Below, piece by piece: positions 26,141-40,675 of a stretch of DNA of 64,000 nucleotides (position 1 is its first letter; the number at the start of each line of letters is the position of its first letter). Under the pieces are notes generated by a model. The model was given only the letters and a program-made list of their open reading frames with translations. It was not told the DNA's origin and searched no databases. The position numbers were made by a program, and so were the translations under genes. The stretch covers positions 116,498,001 through 116,562,000 of the forward strand of contig OX597815.1 in assembly GCA_951406725.2 (NCBI GenBank), in the 5' to 3' direction. The stretch comes from Octopus vulgaris. Taxonomy: Eukaryota.

Positions 26141-27157
26141 TCATCATCATCATCATCATCATCGTTTAACGTCCGTTCTCCATGCTAGCATGGGTTGGAC
26201 AGTTCAACCGGGGATCTGGGAAGCCAGAAGGCTGCACCAGGCTCCAGTCTTATCTGGCAATGTTTCTACAGCTGGATGCCCTTCCTAACGCCAACCACTC
26301 CGTGAGTGTAGTGGGTGCTTTTTACGTGCCACCTGCACTGGTGCCAGATGAGGCTGGCATCGGTCACGGTCGGATTGGTGCATTTTATGTGCCACCTGCA
26401 CGGAAGCCAGTCGAGGCGGCACTGGCTTCGGCCACGATTCGGATTGTGGTTTTTACGTGCCACCGACACGGAAGCCAGTCAAGGCGGCGCTGGCATCGGC
26501 CACGATTCGGATAGTGCTTTTTATGTATCTCCAGTCCAGGGGTCCTGGCATCTGCCGGGTGCCAGTCATAGGATTGGTTCAATTTCGATTCCGATTTCGA
26601 TTTCACTTGCCCCAACAGGTTTTCGCAAGCAAAGGGGGTTTGGCATAGGTGCCTGTCGTCGGATGAGGTTCGATATCGACTTCGCTTGCCTCAACAGGTC
26701 TTTGTGTGTCCAAGGGAGGAAAGGCATGCATAAGTGGGCTGGACTCACTTGTCCTGCCTGGTCTTTTCACGCACAGCATATTTCCAAAGGTCTCGGTTGC
26801 TGGTCATTTCCTCAGTGAGACCTAAAGTTCGAAGGTCGTGCTTTACCACCTTGACCCAAGTTTTCCTGGGTCTACCTCTTCCACGGGTTCCCTCCACTGC
26901 TAGGGATTGGCACTTTTTCACACACCTATCTTCATCCATTCTCGCCACATGACCATACCAGCGCAATCGTCTCTCTTGCACACCACAACTGATGCTCCTT
27001 AGGTCCAACATTTCTCTCAGGGTACTAACGCTCTGTCGAGCATGCACACTGACATTACACATCCATCGGAGCATACTGGCTTCATTTCTCGTGAGCTTAC
27101 GCATGTCCTCAGCAGTCACGGCCCATGTTTCACTGCCATGTAGCATGGCTGTTCGTA
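26141..27157 (-). mobile_element. RTE LINE 3' end (family 1): ORF C-terminus, repeat-containing 3' UTR, (GAT)n tail, TSD
   Basis: ORF 26745-27146 reads MLHGSETW..EASMLRWMC..RRLRWYGHVARM..RGRGRPRKTW. TSD AATATG(T/C)AAG at 26131-26140 and 27161-27170, followed by a ~32-bp tandem duplication at 27156-27220. Confidence 0.93.
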
Positions 27158-27223
27158 AAAAATATGCAAGATTATGATAAACCCTTTGTAAAAATATGCA
27201 AGATTATGATAAACCCTTTGCTT

Positions 27224-27920
27224 CCCATCGAATATAGGGTATTGATGACTTTTCTCCACTGTTTTCAACCCTCAGCTGTCTTTTCTGCTTCTCTCCATTT
27301 GAATCCCTGCTTTTTCATGTGTTTCTGTGATGGAAGGCTTTCCTCTCCTGGTTTTATTGGTTTTGAATTGTCATTGATGCTCCAGTAACTTTGCTTTTTT
27401 CTAGGTAGGGGTATTGTTGTTGCTGTTATTTGTTCCTTCTTGAGCTCATAAGGGCTGGTTTCCTGGTTTCATTGGTGAAATGGTTCCCCACCTGGAAGGG
27501 ATGCCAGTCCATCGCAGGTGACCTGGTAGATGCAGGATGAAAGAGAGAGAAAGTTGTGGCGTAAGAGTCAGCAGAAGTTTGCCATTACCTTCTGCTGGAG
27601 CCATGTGGAGCTTAGGTGTTTTGCTCATAAACACATAAATCACCTGGTCTGAGATTCAAACCTGTGATCTCTTAACTGCAAGTCCACTGCTCTAACCACT
27701 AGGCCATGTGCCTCCACAGGTAGAGGTATTGGCCCCAAGCAAACCTATTTTTTACCTCTAAGAAAATGTTGTCCACATTAGTCTTGTCTTTATCCACATT
27801 AGTCTTGTCTTTATCCTGTCCGGCATGGGCAGCCCTACTTGGAGCTTGCACTTCACTGGCATAACTCTCAGAGTCATTGATGCACACAAGCCATCACACA
27901 ACTAAGACTGGACTTTGTGG
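27224..27920. mobile_element. Dispersed repeat (second copy ~32103-32470) interrupted by a SINE
   Basis: Shared blocks with 32103-32470: ttttctc..tgttt..gctgtctttt, aaacctatttttacctc, gcatggg..cctact, actctcag..gtcattg..cacacaag. Confidence 0.55.
27447..27715 (-). mobile_element. tRNA-derived SINE with V-SINE-like domain
   Basis: Head GGAGGCACATGGCCTAGTGGTTAGAGC..GGTTTGAATCTC; body contains CTGCGATGGACTGGCATCCCTTCCAGG. Confidence 0.7.
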
Positions 27921-28505
27921 TGGAAAAATATGCAAATGAAGAAATACATAATTACTGGAATTCATTACAAAGTTTAAGATGCAAACCAACATCTCTCACT
28001 CTTTTCAAGAGGGTAGGATGTAATATGAGGGAGATTTTGCTACTGTTTCTAGCAGGGCACACAAATATGTAGAGGTTTCCTCATTGGCTTGGTATGAAAG
28101 ATGTTGTAGGTGATGGATTAAGTAGGTTAATGATAAAGCAAACCTAGAACTTGGCTTTGATTTCTGCTTCACTTACATCACTTATTACTTTAGCAAAAAC
28201 ATAAAAGTCACATTTTCCTATTTCCCCTTTCCCACATATGTAAACAAAATTATAATTACTTCCCAACATCCGAATTGTTTGGGGGAAACTCTGAATTTAT
28301 ACATGAACTTGCTTTTCGTTTACAACTCACTGTTTTTTGATGAATGTCTAATCATCACTCAATTTTTTTGTTAATTAAATGTTCTAATCTCAGTACTTTT
28401 ATAATTACAAAAGAGAAACTAATTCTAACAGACAGGTTAAATAGTTACTACAATTTGTTTTATAATTTTCATGCAACAGTAATTTTTCAAAGAGTGTTTC
28501 TTTAA

Positions 28506-28712
28506 CCCTTCAGTATTCAGGTTACTCTGTCAAATGTATTGCTTACTTATTCACATTGTTTTGCATTATCTTGTAACGTCAAGATTTCAATGATGTGATT
28601 GTATATTTTTAGAATGACATTGTAGGGTAGGTGAGAGGTTAGATCTAGCTAGGTTGAAGACAAACCAGGTAGAATACTTGGGCCAAAAATGGCTGGTTTA
28701 AATGCAAAAGGG
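28506..28712. mobile_element. piggyBac-like MITE
   Basis: TTAA|CCCTTCAGTATT ... AATGCAAAAGGG|CTAG (decayed TTAA). Confidence 0.55.
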
Positions 28713-30552
28713 CTAGGAAAAGCAATGAAGCATTTGATCATAAATGTTTACTTATTAATTTTAAAAATTGTTGAGATCAACCACCCAGTGGCTGTGAATA
28801 CTATTCACACTTGATGTATAGCTGTCATACATAATAATAAATTGATTTTGTATGTATGTAAGTATATGTGTATATGTAATGTATAATTTGTTGAGAGATA
28901 GCAAAACCTGATCAAATCTTGGTGCACTATGTATCAGAATCTCTGAGGATACTATCATACTTTGGAATCATTGATATACTTCTAACTTCTGAGGAATTTA
29001 CAATATTGTAATACCATTTCATATCTTGGCTGAGTTGTTAACTTTCCAAGTATTTAATTTATAACTAACTTTCTTTTAGGAGAGCATTTATATTCCTTGC
29101 TTTTATTGTTTGCATATCTCAGTTACACAGTTCTGATCAGCATTTTTAACATATGAAAGACCACCATAGAATATTTCTTGGTCATTGAATTGGATTTCAT
29201 TTATCATTTTACTTGGGTTAGGTTGTTTGTGTGTGTAGAAGTAGCATCACTCCAAATATGTGATCAATACTCCAGAGTAGTCCCAACTTGATCTTTGTTG
29301 GTTATCAACTGATCAAAGCTAAAATATTTTCAGACACTGTAAAAGAAGCATGGTCTTGTAGAATAAACTTTTGGCCATGTTAAATGAATTATGCCACCAT
29401 GGGAAACCATTAAAAATTGTGAAGCATTTGTGGAGAATATGAAAGCTTTTGGTGAGTTTTGTTCATGTTGGTAGTGGCCTGTGTTGTAAAATTGTGCAGT
29501 AATTGTACATTGATATTATTGGAAAAGAACAGTCTCTTCTTTAATGACTCTGTAGGAGGATGTTTCTGTTCATGAAAGTAGTGCAAATCGAAAAGCAGTA
29601 TTATTTGGAGAGAAGTTTGTATGGGTAGAAATAGCAATGATACTACCATCAATGCATGGTAGTATCATTGCCACAGTCATTTTCAATTGCATGATGGGAT
29701 CTTTCCAGCTGCTGTCACAGATTTTGTATTTTTTTCACTTTTGTTTCAATTGTTTTCAAATTTCTTATACTCAGTATACCACCATTATACACATGACTGT
29801 AAATGGTGTCTGTTTCCATAGTAACAGGCAAGATTGGAGTCTGACCTATTTCCATTGTAACAGGGTTGTTGTACTCAGTGAGACTCTGACACTTTCACCA
29901 TCACAGTTACTGCCACAATTTTAATGAGCAATATCATTTCATGCTTGAGTTATTTCTGTCTGTCATTTTGTGACTTTGTGACAGACAGCTATCTTGCAGA
30001 AAATACTGATTCTGATTCCTGTCTTCTGATTGGACTAAAAAAATTATCAAACTTTGAACCTTTGGAGCATTTTCTAAATTTTTCTGGTAATAATTGAATC
30101 CCAAATTCAAATTTCATTTGAAAAATTATATCAATCTACAAAATTTGAAAATTTTTACTTAATTTTAGAATTTCCAAATCTTTGACAGCAACCACAAAGA
30201 TCCACAAAATGTTGTTAAGTGTGCTATAAAAATAATAATATTATTTAAAAAGAAAATATGAAAAATACAAAGTTCTAAATATAAAGTCTTAAAATATCAT
30301 ATATAAGGTTGAACTAAAAGTGTGTCAACTAAACTGAAGTCAAAGTGGGAGGAAGTAGAGAAGTGCATTACATCTTTTAATTCCCTTACGGTCATTTGAG
30401 TACAGTACGAAAGCTCTGGAAGAGAAATTAAACTTTTGTATTCCCTTCTTAATAAAAATAAATGTGATTGAATTCCTAATTCCATTTATCTATTAAAAAA
30501 TGAAAAATAAAATACTGAAATCACTGTCAAATAAAAATTGTGGAATAAACTA

Positions 30553-31085
30553 CGCATGAGAAGACCTGTTGAGTCAAGTGAAATCATTGTTGTGACTGAT
30601 GCCAGTAACGCCTGACTGGCACCTGTGCCGGTGTCATGTAAAAAGCACCATTTCAGCGTGGTCAATGCCAGTCTCTCCGGACTGGTTCCCATGGCAGTGG
30701 CACATAAAATGCACCATACGAATGTGGTTGATGCCAGGGCTCCCTGACTGGCTCCCATGCTAGTGGCATGTAAAAAGTACCATTCGAACATGGTTGTTGC
30801 CAGTGCCACCTGACTGGCTGGCTCTTGTGCCAGTGGAACATAAAAAACACCATTCAAGCATGGTCAATGCCAGTACCACCTGACTGGCCCTCATGCCAGT
30901 GGTATGTAAAAAGCACCCACTACACTCTCAGAGTGATTGGCATTAGGAAGGGCATCCAGCTGTAGAAACTCTGCCAGATCAGATTGGAGCCTGGTGCAGT
31001 CTCCTGGCTTGCCAGTCCTCTGTCAAACCCATGCCAGCATGGAAAGTGGACGTTAAACGACAATGATGATGATGATCATGATGAT
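30553..31085 (+). mobile_element. RTE LINE 3' UTR with about five tandem ~65-bp units
   Basis: Repeated gccagtggca(t/c)gtaaaaagcacc units, then the shared terminus aggaagggcatccagctgtagaaac..ggacgttaaacga(tga)n. Confidence 0.85.
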
Positions 31086-31323
31086 CTGTTATTAATTTTA
31101 ATTTATCTGAAGAAGAATTAACTTCTAAATTCAATGATAGAAAGCTTAAAATCAAATGTGCAGAGTTGCCTATTGAAGTGTTTTGAATTTTTATTAAGCA
31201 CAGGTTTCATGTTCAGCCTCACTGCATGGCATTTTTGGCAAGTGTCTTCTGCTGAAGCACCGGATCAACCAAAGCCTTATGAGTGAGTAGATTTGGTAAA
31301 TGGAAACTAAAAACAGCCTGTTG

Positions 31324-31358
<35 letters not shown>

Positions 31359-31739
31359 GTATGATTATTTGCATGGTAAACAGTGAGAATTGAAATGATG
31401 ACTGGCATATTTATTCTTAGTACAGTCTAGCAGCTTTGAATTCAAATACGCTAATCACTGTGGTATTCATATGGAGAACAGCTTCTCTTTTATGAGACAC
31501 TTGACTTATCAGTGCAAAGGATTCTGGGACACTGGTACTTTTGAATTGCAGACATAATGGGGCTCTGCCTTGAAAGGTTTGGGCAAACAAATCAACTCCA
31601 GTATTATTTTTTAAGATTGGTACTCATTCTATCAGTCTCTTTTGCTGAATTACTAAGTTATAGGGAAGTGAATAAAACAGCAACACTGGTTATTAAGCAG
31701 TGGTGGATGGGGACAAACATAAACACAAAGACACACACT

Positions 31740-31791
<52 letters not shown>

Positions 31792-32932
31792 CAATGAGCT
31801 TCGCACAGTTTTCATCTACCAAACTTACTCTCTAGGCAATTGATACTTATACAATAGACCAAACTACTTAAAATGAAAATCCACCAGAATATGCTGATGT
31901 CATGGTTTATTGTCACAGAAATCTCAAACTGATACTGCATGCTTATTCAAATTCAAATATTTGGACACATCTACTACACACTAGTATGCTATTATACATC
32001 TTCCATGCACTAGAATGCTATCTGTGAAACCAACTACAGAATTTCTATGTAGCCACTCAATTGGCAAAAAATAGTGGCAGAATATTTTTAAGATTACTTT
32101 ATGGATCATAGGCCTTCAATTACTTTTCTCTATTGTTTTTTACTCAAGGCTGTCTTTTATATATCTCTCCAGTTAGATCCCAGCTTTTTCCTTTTGGATT
32201 TTGCTGTTCCCTGTCATGTTTCTCTGAGGGAAGACCTACCTCTCCAGGGTCTTGTCATTGATGCTTCTGTGATTTTGCTTTTATGTAGGTAGGGGTGTTG
32301 GCCTACACAAACCTATTTTTACCTCATGGAAGAGGAGGTTCATATTAGCCTGGCCTCTTTTGATCTCTCTAGCATGGGACTCCTTACAGGCACTTGGACT
32401 TCACTAGCATAGCTCTCAGGGTCATTGCGACACACAAGGCACCACTCCATAACAAAACTGGACCTTGTGGTGGGTTTTTAAATTTACATCTCATTTATTG
32501 CCCTAAGAAAGTAAGAACAAATGAAATAATGTATTCCAAGAGAGTATGCCTGAAGAAAAAGATGGAATGGTCACATCTATTTAACAATTACAAGTGAACA
32601 TTATTAATAATTTTTGTCAAGAAAGTGAAGGGAAACAACTCAGAAATTCAAACTGATTAAAAACTTTCTCTGTCTCAGTCTTATTCATATTTACCAGATT
32701 AGAATTACTGAGCTGATAACTTTTTTCTTTTTGTTACTTAAAACTTCAGATATGGAAAGAAAAGTTAATCCTGGAAACACTTAAAAAAAAATTGTGATCA
32801 GACCAAAATGAAGAATATAAAATATGTGTTTATTCCAGTTGTGCTATACTAAGAAGCTCTGAAATATTAAGCTATATTGTTTGTGTCTAGTTATTCATGA
32901 CACATACCAAAGTAAAAGCTTTTTTTATAGAT

Positions 32933-33798
32933 GCAGTCATGGCTGAGTGGTTAGAGGTTTGCTCCTCAGTGATATGGTTCTGGGTTTGATCCCACAGTGT
33001 GGCACCTTGGGCAAGTGTCTTCTACTATATATAGCCTTGGACTGACCAATGCCTTGTGAGTAGATTTGGTAGACTGGAACTGAAAGAAACTCATCATACA
33101 TATGTGTGTGTGTCTGTGTATGTGTGCATGTGTCTTTGTGTCTGTGCATGTGTCTTTGTGTCTGTGTGTGTGTCTTTGTGGTCTGTGTTTGTCTCCACCT
33201 CTCCACCACTTGATAACCAGTGTTGGTGTGTTTATGTCCCTGTAACTTAGTGATTCAACAAAATAAGCCAATAAAATAAGTACCAGACATTAAAAAGAAA
33301 ATAATTACCAGGAGTGGCTGTGTGGTAAGTAGCTTGCTTACGAACCACATGATTCTGGGTTCTGTCCCACTGTGTGGCACCTTGGGCAAGTGTCTTCTAC
33401 TATAGCCTCAGGCCGACCCCAGCCTTGTGAGTAGATTTGGTTGATGGAAACTGAAAGAAACTTGTCGTATATATGTATACATATATATATGTGTGTGTGT
33501 ATATGTTGTATATCTGTGTTTGTCCCCCCAACATCGCTTGACAACCGATGATGGTGTGTTTAGGCCCCCGTAACTTAGTGGTTTGGCAAAAGAGACCGAT
33601 AGAATAAGTACTAGGCTTACAAAGAATAAGTCCAGGGGTTGATTTGATTCGACCAAATGTGCTCCAGCATGGCCACAGTCAAATGACTGAAACAAGTAAA
33701 GTAAAAGAGTCAATTCATTTGACTTAAAGTTCTCCAAGGTGGTGCCCCAGCATGGCCAGTCTAATGACTGAAACAAGTGAAAGCTAAAAGATAAAAGA
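32933..33798 (+). mobile_element. CORE-SINE type A with a complete younger type A copy (33311-33710) nested in its 3' part
   Basis: The inner copy runs GGAGTGGCTGTGTGGTAAG..ACCTTGGGCAAGTG..GAAACAAGTAAAGTAAAAGAG, and the host resumes at 33711. Confidence 0.85.
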
Positions 33799-34552
33799 AA
33801 AAAATATTTTTGTAAACACATTCATTCACTTGTTTCTTATATAATTAAAATATTGACTTCTTATGATACTTGTCTAAATAAACATACTTCAAATTCCATT
33901 AATTTAAGAAAACTCAATTCATTATAAAATATTCATCAACATGAATGGAATAAATGATTAATTAAAAGTGCAAGATTTTCACACAGTTGTGGGGGTAAAG
34001 AGCTTCTGTAAATAAACAATTAAATCTTTGGAAGTATAATGATAACATATATTCAAATTAGATTTATCTTAGAGTTAAAACAATTACTCCCATTCCATTT
34101 CACTGCCACACTGTGCGCATATATATTTATCTGGTGAATCAGTGACTCCCTTCTTTGAGATAAATTTAGATGAAAAGGGGACAGAACATGTCTCTAGTGG
34201 TTTCAATTCAACTGTTTGCTGATGAAAGCAGGCTGTCAAGATAACAACACAAATAGCAGAGTCTCAATTGCAATTACAAGACGTGGATAGGAAGTTATTT
34301 CCAAATAGTTGCAGAGTCAGAAAATTGCAATTTATTAAAATTTTTTTTTGTTTTTACGAAGGGCTCAAAATAAAAAAAAAAATATTTGCACAAACATTAA
34401 AAAAAATTTTCTAAAAGATTTTTTGTAAGTTTAAAAAATAGTCATAGAAATTAAAAAGATTTCTTGAATTCTTTTTCTTTTTATCAAATAACTGCTGTCT
34501 AGTTTATTAATTGGTATCATTAAACATAGAATAAACATAGAATCTATGTATG

Positions 34553-34586
<34 letters not shown>

Positions 34587-34888
34587 TGTATGTATGTATG
34601 TATGTATGTATGTATGTATGTGTGCATGTATGTATATTTGTGTGCATGTGTGTATGTATGCATGTATATATGTGTGCATGTGTATGTATATATATATATC
34701 TATATATTTATATACATATATATAAGTAAATATATATATTTATATATATACATGTGCATACATACATATATACATATATATCATCATCATCATCATCATT
34801 TAATGTTCGTTGTCCATGCTGGCATGGGTTGACCAGTTTGACCAGAGCTGGCAAGCTGGGGAGCTACACCAGACATATATATATATAT

Positions 34889-34953
<65 letters not shown>

Positions 34954-36334
34954 TATATATATATATATAATTATATATATACACACACACATAATAATAT
35001 AGCTGAGTAAAGAAGTACTAATCACTTAATGCTGATGGGTCTTGCAGAATAATGGAACCCAGGAAATCATGTGGGTGAATTGGTGAAGGCTGCTCTCAGG
35101 AACTTGAACCTAACAGAGATGACAAGGAGCCAGAACGACAGATTATAGGTGGTTCTTGAGAAAACCAGCCCACTTCATCAACACTAAATTCTTGAGAAAA
35201 CCTACCCAATTCATCAACACTATATGCTGTGAGTATATATACACACATATATGCACTATATGTGTGTGCATATACGTACACTGAGACCTTTGTCCAAATT
35301 CCTTCCACGAGGTACCTCCACCACGTCCATATCCCTTTGTCTAACTGAAGTTTTTTCTTGATGCCACTAATCTTTCTCACAACTCAGAACCATTTCACTC
35401 TATATCCACCCTCATCCTTAATACTGTTTTCTTCATCCACATATTACATTGCCCACCCTCAACACATCTCACCTTCTCCACCACTATACATTTCTCACTC
35501 TCCCCATGCACTATGCTTGCTTCTCTCTCCTCCCACAATCTCGCAACTAACCCAACCACCTGTTTCTTTCACACACACACCTTTCTCTAGTCTACTTTAT
35601 CATCATTACAATTCTGCAATTTTTCACCTCCATCATCATTGGTCATTTCTGCCCCCTAACCTCCATCACTTCGTCTACCCTTCAACCCTATCCAATCTCT
35701 ACAGTTGTCACCTACCCTCCCCTATTTATCAGCCATTGAACACTTATTCTTCATTCATCATATTCACTGCTTCATTCTTTCCCCATCTCTCAATCTCTGA
35801 TACAGTCTTGCAATCTCCACCCATCTGCATTCCTGGTTCGTTTGTCTCCATTCACTTCTATTCACCTTGTACATTAAGAGTCCTCACAGACACCTCAACA
35901 CCACTAGTTTTATCCCTTCTTCACTCCATCTCAATCATCCCCACCATGTCTTCTAACATGTAGGTAGCTATGTAGCCCTTCTGCAGCAAGAAACCTGTTC
36001 TCTACTGTTCTCTTCTTTCCTACTTCATCCCCCTATCTCCCAGCATAAAGCAACCGTTCTTGGGGTCTAGCATAAAGTCCTTCTCTCCCATGGTCCATAG
36101 TCTTGCAAGCTGCATGGTTACCAATAGTTCTGGTGCTATAAGAATGCACCATTATGTGCTGTAAAGTGGCTGGTGTTACGAAGGTCAAAAGAGACAGTGG
36201 GCCATAATGCAGCCATTGGACTCTATGGGTCATGTCAAAATATCCAAACTATGCCATTACACAACAAAGATATTAACAACGAAGACCTGTCCTTCACAGC
36301 AGAATTGTTAATGCCACTCTCTGTGATAAAGAGA

Positions 36335-36591
36335 ATTAGCCTGCAAGAGCCCTGTGCTGGTGCCACATAAAAAGCACTCACGCCAGTGCTATGTAAAAGC
36401 GCATGTGCTGGTGCAATGTTAAAAGCATTCAGCACACACTGTAAAGTGATTGGCATTAGGAAGGGTGTCCAGCTGTAGAAACTAAGCCAAATTAGACTGG
36501 AACCTGGTGCAGCTCTCCTACTTTCCAGCCCTGGTCAAACTGGCCAACCCATGCCGGCATGAAAGATGGACATTAAATGATGATGATGATA
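36335..36591 (+). mobile_element. RTE LINE 3' UTR fragment
   Basis: taaaaagcac units, then aggaagggtgtccagctgtagaa..ggacattaaatga(tga)n. Confidence 0.8.
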
Positions 36592-36819
36592 TACATATGT
36601 ATGGACATACATATATATATATATATGTGTGTGTATCTATGTATGTATGTATGACAGTAAAAATTTAAGGAGTGCATGCATTACATACATAAATAATATT
36701 TTGATAATATTATGTATGCATGCATGCATGTATGTATGTATGTATGTATGTATGTATGTATGTATGTATGTATGTATGTATGTATGTATGTATGTATGTA
36801 TGTATGTATGTATGTATGT

Positions 36820-36990
36820 AGTTGGAATTTACAAAAAAAAGACAAAAGATAAAGACAGGTGTGTAAACAACAAACAGGTATATTAGTTTAACACTCGGGA
36901 AGGTGAGAAAGTCTTTTATGTTTCAGGCCTATGCTCTTCAAAAGAAAGGAACACGAGAAAATAAACAGAGAGAGAATAAAAAAAAGAAAG
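36820..36990 (-). mobile_element. Penelope-type repeat fragment with strongly decayed hammerhead-like motif (36913-36948); partial second copy ~62595-62690
   Basis: CTTT-CTTTTGA-A-GAGC-ATAG-GCCT-GAAAC-ATA-AAAG keeps stem I and GAAAC, but the 5' core is mutated. Inserted in (TATG)n. Confidence 0.4.
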
Positions 36991-37102
36991 CTTTTTTGTA
37001 TGTATGTATGTATGTATGTATGTATGTATGTATGTATGTATGTATGTATGTATGTATGTATGTATGTATGTGTGTGTATGTATGTATGTATATATGTATG
37101 TA

Positions 37103-37159
<57 letters not shown>

Positions 37160-38100
37160 ATGTTCAGTTACAATAAAAACAATTTTATATTAATCTGACG
37201 AGGTTACTCTATACTTTTGGAGAGTAAAAATTTATTATTCTGAAACAAGAATAATATGGACAGTGACTTTGAAGTTTCAGCTAGTTAACCCATCACTGGA
37301 CAATGGCTTAGCTGATCAAAACTTTGAAGTCCCTTTCAATAATATTCCTGTCTAAGAATAACAAATGTATACAAATGTGTGTGTGTGTTTTTAGCAATTA
37401 TCATTATTATTACATCTATACCATAGTTTCATCACCACCACAACAACTGTCATCACCACCATTACCCCCAGCATAATCATCCTTGACTCCCCACTCTTGC
37501 TCCCTCTGCCAAACCAATGTTGCTGCCTGCTGCCATCATCTTCATCATCATCATCATCATGGGTATACTTTCAAAATTTATTGTTCTTTTTATATAACAT
37601 ATTTTAGTGACATGCATTGACACATATTTTCATCTGATACTGAAGAGATAGTAAAATACTATAGATAAGATATTTGTGTTCAGTTATGAAATATCTTGAA
37701 AAGGCATGTGGCCTAATGGTAAAGCAAGTGGGCTGTCTGACATAGGGTTGTAGGTTCAATTCCTAGCACAAGAAGTGCACTGAATTCTTGGTCAAGGCCC
37801 TCTATTCCATGTTGTAAAGATGAGTTTTTAGACTGTCAGAGTGCCTGGTTAGAGTCAAGTGAGCAGAGCAGCATTAATGAATCAGTGTTATGACCAAAAC
37901 TCTTCTGACATGAAGAGGGATACATCCAGCAGTGACTGGCTACATCCCATCTTCATCTTTTACATTCTTTTTATTTTGCAGCTACAGAGCTTCAGGTTCA
38001 TTTCCACTGTGTAGCACCTTTGGCAAGTGCCTTTCAGCATGGGGTAGGGCTGACTGATGTCTTATGTGTAAATTTTGGGAAACAGAAATTGTGTGGAAGC

Positions 38101-38149
<49 letters not shown>

Positions 38150-38532
38150 GGTTAATAGGTGTGAGTGTGTGGTCTGTATGTTATATCATAGGTGACTCCT
38201 CTGTCATTGATATAAAGTTGATCAGACATTGGCATTTGGGCAAGTGTCTTCTACTATAACTCTGCTGAGTAGATTTGGTAGATAGAAACTGAAAGGAGCC
38301 ATCACTATATTCTTGTCATCGTCGTCGTTGCCATCATCATCATCATTATTGAACATCTGCTTTCCTAGCTGGCATGGGTTAGATGGTTAGACAGGAACCA
38401 GTGAGCTGCAAGGCTGTGGCGAGCTCCAGTGTTATTTTTGACTTGGTTTATATAACTGGATGTCTTTCCTAATGCCAACTGATACATATATAAGAGTCAG
38501 TGTGAATGCAAGCATGTGCATGTGTTTATATT

Positions 38533-38838
38533 ATCAAAATCAAAATTGTAGCCATGGCCAGTACTGCCTGATTGGCTTCCGTGCTGGTGGTACATAAAAA
38601 GCACCATCTGAACATGGTTGATGCCAGTGCCCACTGACTGGCTTCTGTGCCAGTGGCATGTAAAAAGCACCCATTACACTCTCGGAGTGGTTGGCATTAG
38701 GAAGGGCATTCAGCTGTAGAAACTTTGCCAGATCGGATTGGAGCCTGGTGCAGCTATCTGGCTTGCCAGTCCCTCAGTCAAACCGTCCAACCCATGCAAG
38801 CAGGGAATGCGGATGTTAAACGATGATGATGATGATGA
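38533..38838 (+). mobile_element. RTE LINE 3' UTR fragment
   Basis: Two taaaaagcacc units plus the canonical 3' terminus and (GAT)n. Confidence 0.85.
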
Positions 38839-38856
38839 TATGTATATAAATGTATG

Positions 38857-38887
<31 letters not shown>

Positions 38888-39240
38888 GTATGTATGTATG
38901 TATAGATAGATAGATAAATAGATAGATATGCATGTATGTGTGTGTATGTTTTAGTGTCTCCTTCTCTTGACACTGTAAGACAGTTGTAAACAAGTATCAC
39001 CATCATATAAAAAGTGTTCTTCATTTCCAATCTGCTATGAAAACATATCTGGTCATAGGGAAATATTACCTTACTTGGAAACAGGTGAATGTTGGCAACA
39101 GGAAAGGCATCCACCTGTAGAAAATCTGCCTTAAAAATTCTGTTGGATCAATGCAAACATAAAAAAGTAGACATTAAAACAATGACAGGCATGTTTTCAC
39201 CACATCATGATTGAAAGGAAAGTTGTTCCCTGAACACATG

Positions 39241-39333
<93 letters not shown>

Positions 39334-40390
39334 CACACACACACACATGTGCATGGACACATGCACACAAGCACACATGCAAATACACACATGCATAGCA
39401 TACACACACATATACACACACATGCACACACATACATATGCACACATGCATATACACACACTCATACACACACACACCACACCCATAAGTGTATATGTAA
39501 ACATGAGCTGCTGGAATTGGGAGGCTAAGATGGTTTATGAGAATATGAATGTGACTGAAATAAAAACAAAAGTTTATGTTGGTGTACTCTGTGTGGGTGG
39601 GTCTCTTGTCAATGCATGTATGCACCTGTGCTTGTGTCAGCATTTGTGGGTGTACGGATAAGGAGCTCTCTTTGTAATCATTTCGTCTTGAGTTCTATCT
39701 CAGTGTGTGGCACCTTGGGCAAGTATCTTCTGCCGTAACCTCAGGTTCACCAATGCAATGTGAGTGAAATTGGTAAACTGAAAATGTTTGGAACCCTTTT
39801 GTGTGTGTGTGTGTGCGTGCACATGCCTGCATGTGTTATGTATGTGTGTATGCATGTATATGTGTGCGTGTGTGCGTGCATATGTGTGCCTGTGTATGTG
39901 TGTGTATGTATGTATTGTGTGTATATGCATGCATGTATGTGTGTGCACATGTGCATGGATATGTGTGTACATGCATGTGTGCATGTACATATATGTATGT
40001 ATGTGTGCGTGAGTATTTATGGCTGTTTTCATTCTGTGTTTTCACATGAAAGCATTTGTGGTGATGTTTCTTAACATTTCCCTGTCAACAAATCTTATAG
40101 CTTAGTGCTTTCAAAGACAAGTGAAATAGAAGCCACTTATTTGCAAAACAGGTAAGAGTTAGTGACAGGATGAGCATCAGTGTGTAAAACACTTCTGCAA
40201 TAATATGTACTCACCCAACCCATGCTAGCATGAAAAAATAGATGTAAGTTGTATGAACAACATGAATGATCTTTATATTTATGATATTGGATTATTTCTT
40301 TCACTTTTAATTTGAGGATATTGATACAGCACCAGGAGTTTATTAACATGGAACTTTACATTTCAGTTTTATATTCAGTTTTTCAATAGA

Positions 40391-40594
40391 CACAGACATT
40401 GTGGTGTGGTTAAGAAGTTTGCTTCCCAACCACATGGTTCCAGGTTCAGTCCCACTGCATGGCACTTTTGGTAAGTGTCTTCTACTATAACCTTTAGGCC
40501 TTCCCAAGACTTCTGACTGGGTTTGGTAGGCAGAAGCTAAAAGAAGCCTATTGTTTATGCATACATAGACATAGATAGATAGATAAATAGATAG

Positions 40595-40675
<81 letters not shown>

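Noticed and set aside
30595-30920. CRISPR-like repeat-spacer appearance (also 26315-26525 and 51222-51350)
   Set aside because: Eukaryotic context, spacers similar to each other, no cas genes, and the array is part of the RTE 3' UTR.
35150-35222. Tandem ~37-bp duplication with TTGATGA on the minus strand
   Set aside because: No GAAA/UH geometry or stems; treated as a simple local duplication.
35358-35963. 201-aa ORF in a pyrimidine-rich tract
   Set aside because: Low-complexity S/P/L/H composition with no recognisable domain; possibly an old retroelement 3' region, but not assignable.
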